A stretch of 62,458 nucleotides of DNA, counting the filler, from Basidiobolus ranarum (lineage: Eukaryota): assembly GCA_040143965.1 (NCBI GenBank). It is 22 parts of 22 records of this genome, joined end to end, with 100 filler letters (N's around TTAATTAATTAA, not from the genome) between each part and the next. Parts side by side here need not be neighbours in the genome. Positions count along the whole stretch, not along the records: positions 11,412 to 14,162 come from JASJQH010009884.1; positions 14,263 to 17,012 come from JASJQH010009885.1; positions 17,113 to 19,861 come from JASJQH010009886.1; positions 19,962 to 22,709 come from JASJQH010009887.1; 18 more parts are not named here. The stretch is one strand, 5' to 3'. A model generated the notes under the pieces. It worked only from the letters and a program-made list of their open reading frames with translations. It was not told the origin of the DNA and did no database searches. The position numbers were made by a program, and so were the translations under genes. Position 1 is the first letter of the stretch. Every line of letters starts with the position of its first letter. Below are positions 11,412 to 22,809 of this stretch, piece by piece.

Positions 11412-12950
11412 TGAATTTTCCACTGTATAGCTGAGTAAGTAGTATTGGAATGTAGTTGAATAGTAAGTGCATAGTGCCTAATGGGAAGCTATGGATCCAG
11501 CTGATCTTCTTTAGCAATAATATCTTGAGCTTATGACTAAAATCAAGTTTCATGTAAGTCTGACTATTTGGTGAATTGATATCAGTTATCATGCTGCAAT
11601 CTGACCGGGCTCTTGATAGTAAATTTATGGAGTTTAGCTTTGTATTTGAATGGTAATAAAGCTTCTGATGGATAGCATAGACTCCATTGATATGACAAAA
11701 TCTACAGCAAGATAGTGTATTGTGCCCACTAAAACCTCCACATTTACTGATGGCAGGAATGTCACCAATATATATAATGATATTAGCCCAATAAGATATC
11801 CACCCATCTGAACCCCATTATGTAACTGTTCAAACTCCACAATCAGTGGCTCCAAGAAGCTATTGATAAGCACTGGTGATTTAGGTCCAGACATGATGGA
11901 TAAAATCAGAATACTGTGACTCTTATATTGTTCAGAAGGTGGGAGGTCCAAGTTGATCAAAATTATGGGCCAGCAAGTCTTTCCAACATAATATTTGTTT
12001 GGCAAGAAACAATCCAGAGCCAATGAAAATGCATGATCACGCATATCCTCAAAGAAACCTTGACTTTTTGAGATTCTGGTAGTGATATCCATCATGTATA
12101 TTGGTAATACCATCAGCTTTATGGTTATTACTTTGGTATTGGACCAATGATCTCTATTTGGGTGATTTCATCAATACTTTAAGTCAGGGAATCAATGGTA
12201 TGTAAGCCAAATATGAACAATATATATCTGATTCAGTGCTTGCCAATTGTGTGTAAATAGTACATGACTTCAGGTTTTCAGATCACAGGTGAAAGCCAAA
12301 CAGCCATTTGGACATGTAGATAGTTTGATTACCCAAGGATTATAAGTCATAAAATTGACAGGTGTTTTCCCCTTGTATTAGGTTTGTGGCAAGCAACTGT
12401 TACCAATCAACTGTGATAAAAGTGTAAGAAAACCAATAAACACCTGGTTGCTAAGATTGAATTGTACTCTCCACTCCTTAATAATCAAAGCTGCTTCCTT
12501 TAATGTAAGTGTTATGAGTGGACTTATGCTTGCCAAAAATAAAGAGTCCATAACAAGACCATTGTCTTCTTCAACTTCTGATATACTACCATCAGTACTG
12601 GAATAACCAAGGTTAACATCTAGCAGCATGTCCTCAAAGTTGTCTGGACTTACTGGTTTGACCAAAATTGTTTCTCTATCTACATCATTCTGGTCATATA
12701 AAGGTGGTAACTTCACAATATCTGGACTTTTGGCAGCATTACTGAAGCTTTGATGCAAATGCAGTCAGTGGACTCAGTGGGCAAAACTAAAGTTGATTTT
12801 GTGCACTTATTACTGTTGATATTCACCTGGCTTTGTGCAGCTGGTGGCTTTCTATGGTGACTGTGCTTATGATTATTTTTACTGTGAAACCTCTGGCTTT
12901 CATATCACTAGAATTTGTGACTATAATAATAGGGCTTCTTAAAGCATTTG
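11412..12950 (-). pseudogene. CACTA/EnSpm (Tnp2/Transposase_21-like) transposase, N-terminal and catalytic part, decayed
   Basis: SLALDCF...CWPIILINLDLPPSEQYKSHSILILSIMSGPKSP..INSFLEPLIVE motif, preceded by CPNGCLAF; stops and frameshifts; second copy at 48399-49900. The 5' limit is approximate. Confidence 0.88.
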
Positions 12951-13173
12951 TGTTGTGGCCTGAGTAGAATAATGTGGAGAAAAGAACACCTCCTATGTAA
13001 GAGTGGTATTTTAGGTATAGCCAATCAATGTTATCAACTGACTCTGAAATGGTGTCATAGATGAATCATCAGGGGATTTACAAGATATTTCCAGTAATGG
13101 ATGGCAATTTTGATTTACTATAAGTTGTTTCTAAGCAATTTCATTACACCAAGCTTGCCATCTGAAAATTTCC

Positions 13174-14162
13174 ATGCCATTCAAAAAGCATTCAAAATCT
13201 AAGTCAAATTGGCTTCCAAGCCAAAGTCTGCTGGCATCACAGGAAAAAAACCAGCCAGAACAGAGGACTTAATTGATGAGCAGTCTAGCACTCCACTATC
13301 CACTTTGGAAGGCATTAACATGCTGAAAGTAACTCAAGTAATGATGAAGAATCAATCAATTAGCCAGATATGTTCCTTTCCAGCAACAGTGCAAGGGAAG
13401 AGATTGTAATCCCTCAATTATGGAGTAAATCATTAGTTGAGCAAAGTTCAACCAAAACACCATCAAGACCATCAACTTCCAAAATGTATACATTGCCCAC
13501 TATTGAACAACCCTCTGTAGAAAATTTGGATAGTATTATTACAAGGGAATTGCTGGCAGAACAACATAATGATTTGTATGCAATCATAAGTAAAACTATG
13601 AAGTTGCTATTCAGGCCATGACAAGCAATAACACCACAATATCACAATTAATGCAGCTTTTGGAAGCAACTAGTCAAAAGTTAGAGAGCCACTTAACAAA
13701 GATACAAGACCTTCAGAATGCTATACTTGAGCTACAGCAACATGCTGCCCCCTCCATCCATTCTCATACAGGATTTCAATCAATCCCACACCATACATAT
13801 GAATGTCACTGTGACAATCTAGTGGAGCAGAATACATGTCGGAGCATTAAGCCTACATTACAACTGGAAATTGCTGGCACACATGCAAATAGAAATATTA
13901 TAAGAAAACCTGCAAACCAAAAGACTCTGAATCTCAGAGCTTCCGTCAGTTTCTCTGATGATGAGTGGTTTAACATTTTTGAAGCTGTGCGGAATCATGC
14001 CCAAAATCACCTGGATTGAGCCAATTGTGGAAAAACCAAAAACAAGGTTTTACTCTGTCAGTTCTGACTTATTTCATGTGGCTTATCCTGGGTTTTTGCA
14101 AGCAAATGGCAACTGGGCTAGTATAGTCCTATTCATGAAACATCTCAAAAATGTATGCCATT
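13174..14162 (+). pseudogene. Divergent second ORF (ORF2) of the CACTA-type element, function unknown, decayed
   Basis: Head-to-head with the transposase in both contigs that span the region (also 50088-51125). Predicted coiled-coil segment and a DDEWFNI...HLDLS..WKNQ...YPGFLQANGNWAS block. Continues at 29759-30360 into end B. Confidence 0.7.
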
Positions 14163-14262
14163 NNNNNNNNNNNNNNNNNNNNNNNNNNNNNNNNNNNNNN
14201 NNNNNNTTAATTAATTAANNNNNNNNNNNNNNNNNNNNNNNNNNNNNNNNNNNNNNNNNNNN

Positions 14263-15173
14263 CATGGGTCAATTGTAGGCGCATCATTATTCTGAATTGC
14301 AACTCTATCTTGGAAGAATAGGGTGAATTCTCTGAATGGGCAGTCAGGATGAGAGTGTTGATCTTCCTCGGCATAAAAATCGTATCTCTTGGGACATCCT
14401 CCATTTAAAGGATAAGGATGAATATCCACATGTATACCATCTACAGTTGGTTTTCCTGTGGTCGGATCAGTCCAGAGAGAGCCTCTAGGTTCGACAATTA
14501 TGGCGCCGAATAATCCATGGACCACTGTTCCAGTTGGTGAGCCATCATAAGAACCACCATCAGAGATCAAGTAAGTACCTTCCCTCAAACAAGGCCATGT
14601 ATATTCTTTCTCTTGTCCTGAGTTGATTAAACTGGTAGGGTTTACTCCTACGGAAGTTCCGTCATTCTGGATGTCGTACCCATAAAGATAAGGGTGCATT
14701 CCGACCTCACGACCTTGAATGTTGTTTGTGAATTTGACATGAATTTTATCACCTTGATTACAACGTAGCACGAGTGGTTTCACTAGAGGATCCATAGGTA
14801 AAGCAGTAGAATTCTGACTCAAAAGTCCTAAAATGTTATCACGGTAATTGCTGAGATGTTCAAGATTCTCCTTCAAAGCAAACATGACACCATTGACATC
14901 AAAATCGCCCCATGAGTTCAGCACAATTGGCATCGGGATCGCGGAAACTTCATACAGACGAGTTTGAGGAACAAGTCTTTGCCGCATGTCCGACTTACCT
15001 CTGTTTCCGTTCCTTCTCGAGTCTCTACCTGTAGAACGAGAGCCGTTATTTTCGTAGGACGAGACACTGGGAAGTAATAAACTTAACATCAGTAATATCA
15101 GCAACAAGTAGACCAGAGAATGGAGCACTCGGCCCTGGTGCCGTTCACGCTTTGATGGCCTATTATTGAGCAT
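14263..15173 (-). CDS. MnxG-like large multicopper oxidase, N-terminal part (truncated by contig end)
   Basis: N-terminal hydrophobic signal/anchor, then YEVSAIPMPIVLNSWGDFDVNGVMFALKEN, PLVLRCNQGD, HGLFGAIIVEPRGSLWTDPTTG and FREFTLFFQD, matching my recollection of domain 1 of Bacillus MnxG-type oxidases. First ATG at 15173; TATATAAG near 15232-15239. Confidence 0.8.
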
Positions 15174-15920
15174 CGTTGAGTGACACCAGTATATACTTGA
15201 GCTGATGAGTTTTGTTTGTACCACATCTCATCTTATATACTACCTAAGAACCAGGATTTGTCAGAGAGTTGTGCACTTTGTAACTTGATGAAGAGAGGGA
15301 TTTTGGCTTCAAGAGTTTGAAAAAAAGCAGGCCATGCAGTTGGCATACAAATCCTTGCATGTTACTTGTGGTGATACATTCGAGTGCGTTAGTTTCAATA
15401 AATTCCTATATACTTCGATAGCGAGATGTTTTGGCCTGTAATCCGTGATGTGAAACTGGTTATTAAAAATTGTTACACAGTTTAGATACTTGTTTGATCG
15501 TATTGTAAATATAGATTAGCAGGTATAAATATTTGACACTTTGAATGTGGCAACTGGTTGGATTGTGATAAATACAAAGTTAATCAGAGACTCTAAGAAA
15601 GAGATTGATGCCTTGAACATAGTAAAATATCCACTATAAGCATTGCAGAAATAAAGATCAAAGAACTAGAAACACCAGTAATGATATAAAATGCCAACAT
15701 TAAGGGGTATTTCTATTCCATGCTACGGGGTTAGTAAAATGAACCCCCTAGATTGATGACATCCGCACCTGTTTATTTAAAGAGATTGCTTGAATTATAG
15801 GGTTGAGTATCAACATTACTTCTGTGGAATTTTCTGAAATAGATAAAGTCAATTCTCAAAATGTGAAATATGTTCAAGAAAAAGATCTAATTTTATTGTA
15901 AAATTCAGGATAGCAATTCA

Positions 15921-17012
15921 TTATTTGTGCACACGGAAAATACCCCAGCTCTCTAATAAGTACTCTGTATTTAACCATCCAGTTCTATATGCCCAGTCTC
16001 CAGTGCTATTGCTGGCTGTAAACTCATTTGCAATACTTGACCCAGGACCGATAGCATTGTTGACTGAGGAGACACCATGTTGCGGTGCCTTCAGCTGATC
16101 AATCCACGCATGACCATGGAGATGGAATGATTGTGGTCTTGATTTGTCCAAACCACTGACAACATATAGAATTTGTCGAACACCAGCAAGTGCATGGAAT
16201 ATTTCAGTCGAGGGGCGACTATTTTGCAACCAGCGAGTAGCAAATGCTGGTTGATTCCTATAGCTCATGGCTTTCAGTCCTGCGTCCTGGAAATTGACAC
16301 CAGCCTCACCTGGCACAGGAGTAGTAACGTTGGACAAAACTTGGAATGGGAAGCCAGTAGCATAAGGAATTGGTGTGTTGGCAGCGTTGTTTTGGAACAA
16401 GCGTAGGCCAGATTGCAATATCACCACTTTGTCCTGATAAAGTAATCGCCCACGACGTGCTTTACCACCGTAAACATTAGTGTGATAGTAAACATTGGAT
16501 TCAGCGCCAATCCAATTTTCTGGTACTTCATGTGCAGGCAGAATTACAAGAGCTCCAATCAATCCGTGGTGCTTATGATTGCGAATATCGGCATGATCTT
16601 GTAGTGGAAGAGCTCCTAAATGTTGATCTGCATACCAATTATAAACTCTTGTGCGTCCAGGAGCTACTGTAGAGTCTTCATTATAACCAATATTGGTACC
16701 ATCATCATATCTTACATCATGCTGTATGAGCGGACAATGCATAGATACTCTGCTAGAGACTCTACGATTTGGATCATCTACTGGAACAGGAACGGCAAAT
16801 GGTTCAGGAGCAAGGTGTTTGGGCAGCCCATTATGCAAATGAAGCTGAATACGCTCTCCAACTAGGCCTCGAATAATCAGTGGATCAACTTTGTTTCCTT
16901 TTACATTGAAGCATTCCCGGTTCTTTGGCTTGATGATCTTTGGTGACCGTGGCTCTTGATATCCTGTCAAGCAGTAAATCAAGCCATAAGGATCACTCCA
17001 TCCATCTGTATT
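15921..17012 (-). CDS. MnxG-like multicopper oxidase, C-terminal cupredoxin domains of an upstream tandem paralog (5' truncated)
   Basis: PLIIRGLVGE, RVSMH, DGTNIGYNEDSTVAPG, DHADIRNHKHHGLIGAL, SFHLHGHAW, GDWAYRTG...WGIFRV; open to the contig edge, no introns. Confidence 0.82.
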   Translation of the reverse strand, partial: NTDGWSDPYGLIYCLTGYQEPRSPKIIKPKNRECFNVKGNKVDPLIIRGLVGERIQLHLHNGLPKHLAPEPFAVPVPVDDPNRRVSSRVSMHCPLIQHDVRYDDGTNIGYNEDSTVAPGRTRVYNWYADQHLGALPLQDHADIRNHKHHGLIGALVILPAHEVPENWIGAESNVYYHTNVYGGKARRGRLLYQDKVVILQSGLRLFQNNAANTPIPYATGFPFQVLSNVTTPVPGEAGVNFQDAGLKAMSYRNQPAFATRWLQNSRPSTEIFHALAGVRQILYVVSGLDKSRPQSFHLHGHAWIDQLKAPQHGVSSVNNAIGPGSSIANEFTASNSTGDWAYRTGWLNTEYLLESWGIFRVHK

Positions 17013-19571
17013 NNNNNNNNNNNNNNNNNNNNNNNNNNNNNNNNNNNNNNNNNNNNTTAATTAATTAANNNNNNNNNNNNNNNNNNNNNNNNNNNNNNNN
17101 NNNNNNNNNNNNTAAAGGCCACCTTCTACTTGGTGAAGGATTATACAAACATCCACTACGCTCCTCAAGTATCTCTATTACCGGATCTTAGGGTTCCTGG
17201 CTCTTCAAGGAAAGCTCTTCAACTGAGGATTCTCAATTCTGCTTGATATCTGTGGAAATGCAACACGTTCTGCAGTGAATATAGTTTCATGGAGTAGTCA
17301 CGCTACTGCTGGACCTTTCTACTTCGGTTAATTGGGTTTTCATAGGCAGTGTAACCGTAATTTTATTCTGAATAAAGGATAAAGTTTATATATGTTTTGA
17401 AGTGATCTATTGCAATTGTCGATACCACTTATACGGAATGATATGTTGGTGCTGTTTTTACTGTGAGTTCTAACACAAAAGTGATTGGGCAAGCGTAGGT
17501 TTCTGAACATTGATGGGGAATATACAAAAACTCTATACCAGTAATCCGATGTGGATAATGCTCCAATTCTACTCTATTGACCCCAATAGTATTACAGGCA
17601 AGAGATACTCGGTTCACAGGGTCGTTCATAACTTTAACTAGAGTTAAGATGAGATAAATTGCCTCCTGTTTTGGTCTCATGCTGTTTAAGGAAATATTTT
17701 CAATTTTTATTTACTTTTCAGCCTAATTCAGGCGAGGTATGGAGCTCGATTATAAGACAACGCGTTTCAACAATATTCTTAGTTTGGCTGTAGCAGCAAC
17801 CATTGGGGGAAATCCAGTTGCTAATTCTCAAATGGACTTGCCTTGATTTGCTAAACTCGATACAACCAACATTCCACTCCAATATGGATAATACCAGTTC
17901 GATCTTGATATCAATCCCGATGTTGTATATTGATTCAACGGTGCCACAGTAGAAATTGGTACAATATGAATGCAGTCTTGGTGTAACTATCAGGCAAAAA
18001 TACCTTATATAAGCTGTCTTTCAATCTGTAGTTCAGTATACAAACATCCACTACACTCTGAAGTCATTATCCGACATCTCCGTTATTCAGTCTTTGACTT
18101 GCTAGGATCCCGAGGAAGGTTCTCTATAGGGGTAACCGGTTCAAAGTTCACTGCTCACCTTGTCTTTGAAAATTGCACGTATAGTTCAATCATGTAGCTT
18201 CAGGTGCAGCGAATTATTAACCGTACCCTGAAGAAGGTTCTCCGCTAAAGTATCTGGCTCAAAGTTCCCTGCTCACCTTGTTGTGGATGGAAATTGATCA
18301 CATTATGTAATCATAAAACTTCATGCAGCAAGGAGTTCAATCTGTGAACCTTTCAGCATCAACCAATGGAGTATTCATGAACCACCATTCGATGTGGCAG
18401 GAATCAATACTGAATAAAGGAATGTTTGACAAAATTCGGATTTCTATTCATATTTTTGGGTTTGAGTGTATTACGAGAGTTACTCTGAATTTCAGCGCAA
18501 CATTTAATCACCTATGCTAATAACTAGCAGTTGTGCTAGTATTGTTTTCACTTCATTAGCCTCATCATACTAAGGAAAAGGTATCTTGCAATACACTTAA
18601 GTTCATTGTAACCATTTAAAGTTTTGAGTTGTTTTCGCATACGTTTAAATCTAAGATTATGATGGATTTTAGCCATCTCCATTGTGTTTCCGTCTTCTCC
18701 CATTTCAAGCCTCAAATTTATCACCACAAATGTATGGTAATCTTCAATAAGATAAACGAACCATAGTATTATATCCAAATATGTAGGTTTATATAGGCTT
18801 TAATATCCGATGCGAATCGGTTTGTTCGAGTGCAGATCATTGATCGAAGGCAGAAATGATAGCTGCGCAACTGAGCCATCTTAAGCCAAATCGATTAATT
18901 AAATTTATCACTATGATCAGTAGTCACTATGAAATATTGGTGAAGGGAGTAGTCCGATTTTAGGTCTAAGAGTCGAATCCCATTTTAAAAGTATTCTTTT
19001 CAGACTTCGAAAATTAAGGAATACTAACCCTAACCCTACTAACTCAGCTGACGATATTTTGGAAAGAACAGAAGTAAACTACCATAAGAGAATCCTCTAC
19101 ATTATAAATCACTGAACAAAATACTAACTGAAATGTAATCCATATATGAATAGTTATAATTCGGACGTATTATGTACTTCTAAGGAATTTCTAATTGAGA
19201 GAGAAAGTCGTGATTTCATGACGCAAATGTCAAAGATATACCCCATTAGTAGCGACCGCTGGGAGTAAATACTCATGGGCTTGAACATAGCTATAACCCG
19301 ACTTTCAAGGTCCCAGAGGATACTATTAAAGGAACGTGGTTTTCATAAACCAACTAGGGAAAATACTAGTCCCAAGGACCCATTAAAAATGGAAAAAGTA
19401 ATTTTCGCCCGCATAAATGATCACTTGTGGACTCGATTTAGGCATTGGCGGTCATGTTTGAAACACTCTTGATTGAGTGAAGAAAGTACTTGTCTCTGTA
19501 ATGTATATAAGGTACAACTTGAGTGTTCTAATCTTCATATTCTAAGTATCAGTTAAACACCTTCAACTACA

Positions 19572-19861
19572 ATGCTTTTCTTTCAAAAATTCATCTTGAT
19601 CGGCACTGCCACCATTTCTCTGCTTATGCCAACTATCGCTGCTCCTAATGGACGCAATCAGCCTGAACTCACTGCTAACCCAGAGTATGTGGAGTTGTAC
19701 AAGAAGGCTAAAGCATGTGGTGACAGCTTTCCAGCTACTTTACAGAGTGTTCCCACAGGCATGGAGGAAAGATTCAAGGAATGTGTCAAAATATTGGAAG
19801 AGTTCATTGTTAGCTCACATCAGCCAGACAACTCAGTGGAAAAGCGAGGTGTTGACGGTAG
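19572..19861 (+). CDS. Secreted protein of unknown function, 3' truncated
   Basis: Signal-peptide-like N-terminus (MLFFQKFILIGTATISLLMPTIAAP), two Cys, a Kex2-type EKR just before the contig end; TATATAAG at 19504. Confidence 0.7.
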
Positions 19862-20646
19862 NNNNNNNNNNNNNNNNNNNNNNNNNNNNNNNNNNNNNNN
19901 NNNNNTTAATTAATTAANNNNNNNNNNNNNNNNNNNNNNNNNNNNNNNNNNNNNNNNNNNNAAACCAAATCTATACTTCTTGCTGCTCATAGAATTACTC
20001 CAAGAATAAACTACAAGCGTGAGATTTTAAAGATTATTCTATCAGCCTGAACATCAATTTTAGTCTTCTCATACATGCTGTAGCCTTGTCATTTCCTTTG
20101 TAGATTAATGATGAATTGCTAATGAAAACTAGTTAAGACAACCTTTGATCCAGATTTCTCAAGCTTCCTTTCGTTATTTATTAATTTTTATCAATAACAT
20201 CACAAAGAACAAGGGAATTACTTTAATATTGAGAGAAAACTGTTATTTCGATTCAAATTAAGCTAGATACCAAATGCCAGTTTACCTTCGGATGGATGGT
20301 AAATGGATTCATAGTGAATGTAGTAGAGTTGCCTTTGGTACTTGATGTAACCCTTAATGAATATGGTGGCTTAGTAACAAGAGATTATTGGTTGTTAGCA
20401 CATTAAGGTAATCTTTACTATTAGAATCAACTTACTGACGAATTGAATAATGAACTGTATTGAGATATCTTAAAAATCATATGAAATTACGAATCTTCAT
20501 CACTTTTGACGTTATACTGGGTGGCTTGGCTTTCAAGTATAACACTGTATAAGCCACATCTTGGTTATATAAGCGTTCAACTAAACCTCCATATTCTCAT
20601 ATTCGATTACCTTTACGAATACACATAAAAACAGCAAACCTTTAAC

Positions 20647-21594
20647 ATGGTTCATAACCATCAATCTGGAAACCACAGTCAGCAAAATCACTCCCTTTCG
20701 GGCCATGGCAGTCAACAGGAGAGGGAAGAACGCGAAAATCAATACAAGAGAGGATTAGCCGGGAGACGTGGACAACAAAATAATGTTCGCTCTCGCTATG
20801 GCCGTCAATACGAAGAAGATGAGCAAGAGGAGGAATACGAGAGAGGTTTGAATGGCAGACGTGGACAACAGAACTACCCTCGTTCTCGTTATGGTCGTCA
20901 GTATGAAGAAGATGACCAGGAAGAAGAGTATGAGAGAGGTTTGAATGGAAGACATGGTCAACAAAACTATCCTAGCTCTCGCTATGGTCGTCAGTACGAA
21001 GAGGACGAGCAAGAAGATGAGTATGAGAGAGGCTTAAACGGAAGACGTGGTCAGCAAAACTATCCTCGCTCTCGCTATGGTCGTCAGTACGAAGAAGATG
21101 AGTACGAGAGAGGTTTGAATGGCAGACGTGACCAACAGAACTATCCTCGCTCTCGTTATGGCCGTCAGTATGAGGAAGACGAATACGAGAGGGGCTTGAA
21201 CGAAAGACGTGGTCAACAAAACTATCCTCGCTCTCGTTATGGCCGTCAGTATGAGGAAGATGAGTACGAAAGAGGCTGGAACAGCAGACGTGGTCAACAA
21301 AACTATCCTCGCTCTCGCTATGGTCGTCAGTATGAAGATGAGCAAGAAGATGAATATGAGAGAGGCTTAAATGGAAGACGTGGTCAACAAAACTACCCTC
21401 GCTCTCGTTATGGTCGTCAGTACGAGGAGGACGAGCAAGATGATGAATATGAGAGAGGTTTGAATGGAAGGCATGGTCAACAGAACTATCCTCGCTCTCG
21501 TTATGGTCGCCAATACGAAGATGAGCAAGACAGCCAATACGAAAGAGGTTTGAATGGCAGACGTGGTCAGCAAAACCATTCCCGAGGACTTTGA
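20647..21594 (+). CDS. Tandem-repeat, low-complexity protein (315 aa; 9 full + 1 partial repeats of YERGLNGRRGQQNYPRSRYGRQYEEDE[QEDE])
   Basis: Complete ORF; TATATAAG at 20566; AACATGG start context; AATAAA near 21668; repeat units differ mainly at third codon positions. Confidence 0.88.
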   Translation: MVHNHQSGNHSQQNHSLSGHGSQQEREERENQYKRGLAGRRGQQNNVRSRYGRQYEEDEQEEEYERGLNGRRGQQNYPRSRYGRQYEEDDQEEEYERGLNGRHGQQNYPSSRYGRQYEEDEQEDEYERGLNGRRGQQNYPRSRYGRQYEEDEYERGLNGRRDQQNYPRSRYGRQYEEDEYERGLNERRGQQNYPRSRYGRQYEEDEYERGWNSRRGQQNYPRSRYGRQYEDEQEDEYERGLNGRRGQQNYPRSRYGRQYEEDEQDDEYERGLNGRHGQQNYPRSRYGRQYEDEQDSQYERGLNGRRGQQNHSRGL

Positions 21595-22809
21595 TATGGA
21601 TAACCTGATAGTTACAATTTAAAAAATTCCTGATTGAAGTGTTTGTTATCAGTGATATTCAAATTAAAATAAATCCATTTGTGTCCGAAGTCCAGTCATT
21701 TTTGATATTGTTGAAACAAAATATACTGTAATTAGTTGGTGGCTATCTATCGCAGATTTTGCATATACACAAAGCTTCTCTTACTATCCACACTGGCCAT
21801 ATAGTACCTTTCTATGCCGTTACCACAGCATAGAATCCAAGGATCAGGACAAAACTAAAGGTATCACAGATCGTCCATCAATCAACAATATACGTAATTA
21901 CAAAACCACCCAAATTTTATCTGAATAATTCGAAGCATTAGTTGCTTCGTGGATTTTCATAGATTTTTAAAGTAAATTAACCCTAAACCTAAACGAATAT
22001 CCAGTATTGAATTGGTTGTCATATCCAAATGAAACACTAGTGAGGAAGTTATCCAAATGAAATAATAGTAATCAAGCCCACCATCTGCAGTATTTTAGTC
22101 GGATTACTAGGATGTCTGTTAAATTCTTGATCTCACATTTGAAGTATTCTTCCTGAAACAGTTTCTAATTCAAGTCCTAATACAGCAAGGATTCCAGCTA
22201 CGAATCTAGTTCGTAATTCGATTTCCGATCTAGGTACGTATCGAGTTCTTGATTCAGTGAAGTGTACAGCTTTCCAAAATATGTCGTACCACATACCACA
22301 TACCACATACCGCATACCACATTGTACCATAAAGTTAACTCTCGTTCTTATCTGATTTTCAAGAAACAAATCCGAATTATCAGATGATCCAAGAGTAACC
22401 AACCTCATAATAGTTTAGAAAAATCACTATCGGTTAAATTGGTTCTAAACAAGATTTCTCCTTCGGAGATTGTATTGGGTAGTAATTAGATTTGTTATGC
22501 TAACCCGAGATCTCTTTTCATGACTCTTACATCACGGACACGAATGGATGAAGAGTATTAATTGGATCAAGAGCAACTTGGAAAATCCCCATCCTTCTCA
22601 TCCAAATATGCACGAGTTTCCTTCTGAAAATCCAGGTGAAAATATATCCTTGGTCAAAGTTGATGATATATTATAGTGATTGTTGAAGTTGCCATGGTTC
22701 CACTGAAATNNNNNNNNNNNNNNNNNNNNNNNNNNNNNNNNNNNNNNNNNNNNTTAATTAATTAANNNNNNNNNNNNNNNNNNNNNNNNNNNNNNNNNNN
22801 NNNNNNNNN

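Noticed and set aside
19024-19043. Telomere-like TAACCC repeats (also ~21978-21994)
   Set aside because: Only two or three imperfect units, internal to contigs.
20755-21579. Hydrophobic minus-strand ORFs resembling membrane proteins
   Set aside because: Antisense shadows of the repeat protein; variation between repeats is synonymous in the plus frame.
22287-22328. (TACCACA)n repeat and the overlapping 91-aa ORF
   Set aside because: A short 7-bp tandem repeat of about five units with no coding support.
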